From Psammoneis japonica (taxonomy: Eukaryota), in contig QPGO01000012.1 in NCBI GenBank assembly GCA_008632985.1, positions 248,001-312,000 on the forward strand: a stretch of 64,000 nt of DNA, written 5' to 3'. The notes under the pieces are model-generated. The model saw only the letters and a list, made by a program, of their open reading frames with translations. It had not been told where the DNA came from and did no database searches. The translations under genes were made by a program, and so were the position numbers. Shown here one piece after another: positions 62,040 to 64,000 of the stretch. Positions within the stretch are counted from its first letter, which is position 1. The number at the start of each line of letters is the position of its first letter.

Positions 62040-64000
62040 TGCAGGGTTCTTTCACCCATGTGCATCAGAGTTCTCATTTGACATCACAAACAGGAATTGC
62101 TCCTGTCATCTGGGCTGCTTTCTGTCACTCCTGCACCCATCAGTTTCCAATGGTGTGATGGTCTTGCTGCCCTGAGATGTGTGGGATGTTTTTGTTGATT
62201 GGATGGCCTTGATGTTCCATGAATGAATTTGTCCACAGAATCATGGTCATTGCACCATTGACTCCCACACGTTCATCCTCTGTGCTGCTTTGGGTGTTGA
62301 GCTTCTGCTGCATTTTACATGGCCTGCACTGCTCCATTGCCCATGGCCACAACTCCTCCTGTGTGGCTCTTGAAATCCAGGTGCATTGCAAATGACACAT
62401 GCGCATGCCACTTGATGACTCAGAGGTTCTTCATGCTCAATGCAGCAACTTTCAGATGCTTGAGACAATGGACTGGCTTTCCCCAGTCCTTGTTGGTCAT
62501 CTCACTGACTTGTGTGCACAATGCTGTGATGGTTGGGTGCACATCCATGTGGCCTCTCTTGGGCATGAGTGGTCCCTTGGCTGCCCACACACAGAATGTT
62601 TTCACTTTGTCTGTTGGCAATCTCATGCTGCTGGTGTCAAATGGGTTTGCCCTGCTGGCATCATGGATGCATCTGCACTCTTGATCTCATCTGGAAACTG
62701 ACCGATCATCTTGTGAATGCAGTTGGTCATGTGAACCTTTGCCTTGCACTTGTGGCTGAAGTCCAGGGTTATGTTAAGGCAATCATGCTTCTTCCCTTGT
62801 GCTGCAATGACTTTCCCATGACTTTCACAAATCTTGTTTAGCCAGCTAAAAAATTTGTCATTTGCTTTGGGTTCTTGCAATCAACAACAGGTCATCCACA
62901 TGGAAACGCACAGTGTGCCACTTGCCGTTGACCACTCAACTGACAATGAATGGATTGCTTGGGTTGAACTTAAACCCTGTCTTCTTCAAGTCCTTGCAAG
63001 ATTGCTTGCACCAAAGCAGAGCCACAAGCAACATGCTGCAAATGGCTCCAATGACTTGGACACAGTGATTCTCTTCCTCTTTTCCATGACCACATGTGTG
63101 GCCCATGTTGGTTGCAATCAATGATCCAGTCTTTGCCTTCCTTGGACTCTGGAATCAATGTCTGTGTAAATGCATTTGGTGCATTGGCACTCATTGTGCC
63201 ATGCCCTTTCACAGTGTCAACAATGGCTGTCATGAGGAGCATCCCTTCCAGCGATGCTGTTGGGCTGGCTCTGACTCATCCTTGTCCAGCCAATCTCTGG
63301 TTGGTTTCCCATTGCAACCATGTGCCCTTTCATGTGACCATCTTGCTTCTCCATCAGTGACATCAAGGCAATCACAGCCTTTGTCCTTTCAGTTGGAGCA
63401 ACATCTTTGACTGACATTGGTGCAAAGCACACCCTGTCATGGAGTTGTCTGGGGCCACAATCTCCTTCTCTGAGGCATCGTGCCCCCTCTGGCCAAACAC
63501 TTTGTGGCCTTCATGCATGGCAAATGCTGCTGGGCAAAGGAAGTGCCCTTTCCTGATTGGAGTTGGTTGTCAATCTCACACATAAATTGTGCCAGTGCCA
63601 TTTCTGCATTGCACTCAATGTCATCCCCTGGATTGGGACTCATGTTTGTTCATGTGTGACAGCAGCATTTGAGCCTGTTTTGTTCGTGTTCTGCTTCTGC
63701 GGTGTCTGCCACTCCTGCAAATTGAACTTTCTTCTCTCTGTGTTGCCTGATTTGATGTTGAAGGAAGCACCAATTGAGTGTTGTGCGCTCCTGGTCACTC
63801 TGCCAGGCATGACTTTTCTGCCTCTTCCTCCAATCATCTTTCTCCTTCCCATCTCTTGTCTTTTTGGGCAGGATTCATCATCTTTTTCTGACTCTTCATC
63901 TGACTCATCATCTTCACCATGTTGCTTGTGGTCTTTTTGTTCTTTGACTGCTTGGCTCTCATGCTGTTGATCGGGGCTGTGATCTGTCATCAGCCAGGAT
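62040..64000 (-). mobile_element. Decayed Copia RT-RNase H relic
   Basis: LMSLMEKQDGHMKG, NAPNAFTQT, GFKFNP, RFHVDDL, RNase H QQKLNTQSSTE..VGVNGAMTMILWT..FMEHQG. Confidence 0.85.

Overview
Eukaryotic nuclear DNA, most likely from a pennate diatom (short GT-AG introns, bipartite plastid presequence, DUF6824 gene, CoDi-type Copia and RNase H-bearing LINE relics). About 13 intact-looking genes alternate with sharply bounded tracts of decayed transposons and dead gene copies. The genes include TFIIS, a bacterial-type LarA-like protein, a sulfotransferase, two repeat-rich secreted proteins, a DnaJ/DnaJ-X protein, a six-bromodomain protein and a ceramide synthase. The strongest signal is a domain-restricted mutation pattern: in the decayed tracts almost every TpA has become TpG or CpA (A-to-G at 5'-TA on either strand). 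Duplicated sequences inside the window show this directly and give its direction: two LTRs of one small element, an intact gene versus its dead copies, and young MITE copies. It occurs where neighbouring CpGs survive and it spares the source gene, so it fits neither classical RIP nor 5mC decay. It may be an undescribed repeat-inactivating hypermutation system. Also present are four MITE families with resolved TIRs and TSDs, a TRIM-like element carrying a tRNA-like segment, and chimeric gene-fragment duplications. Several genes have single-base frameshifts, probably assembly errors. All alignments and counts were made by eye.
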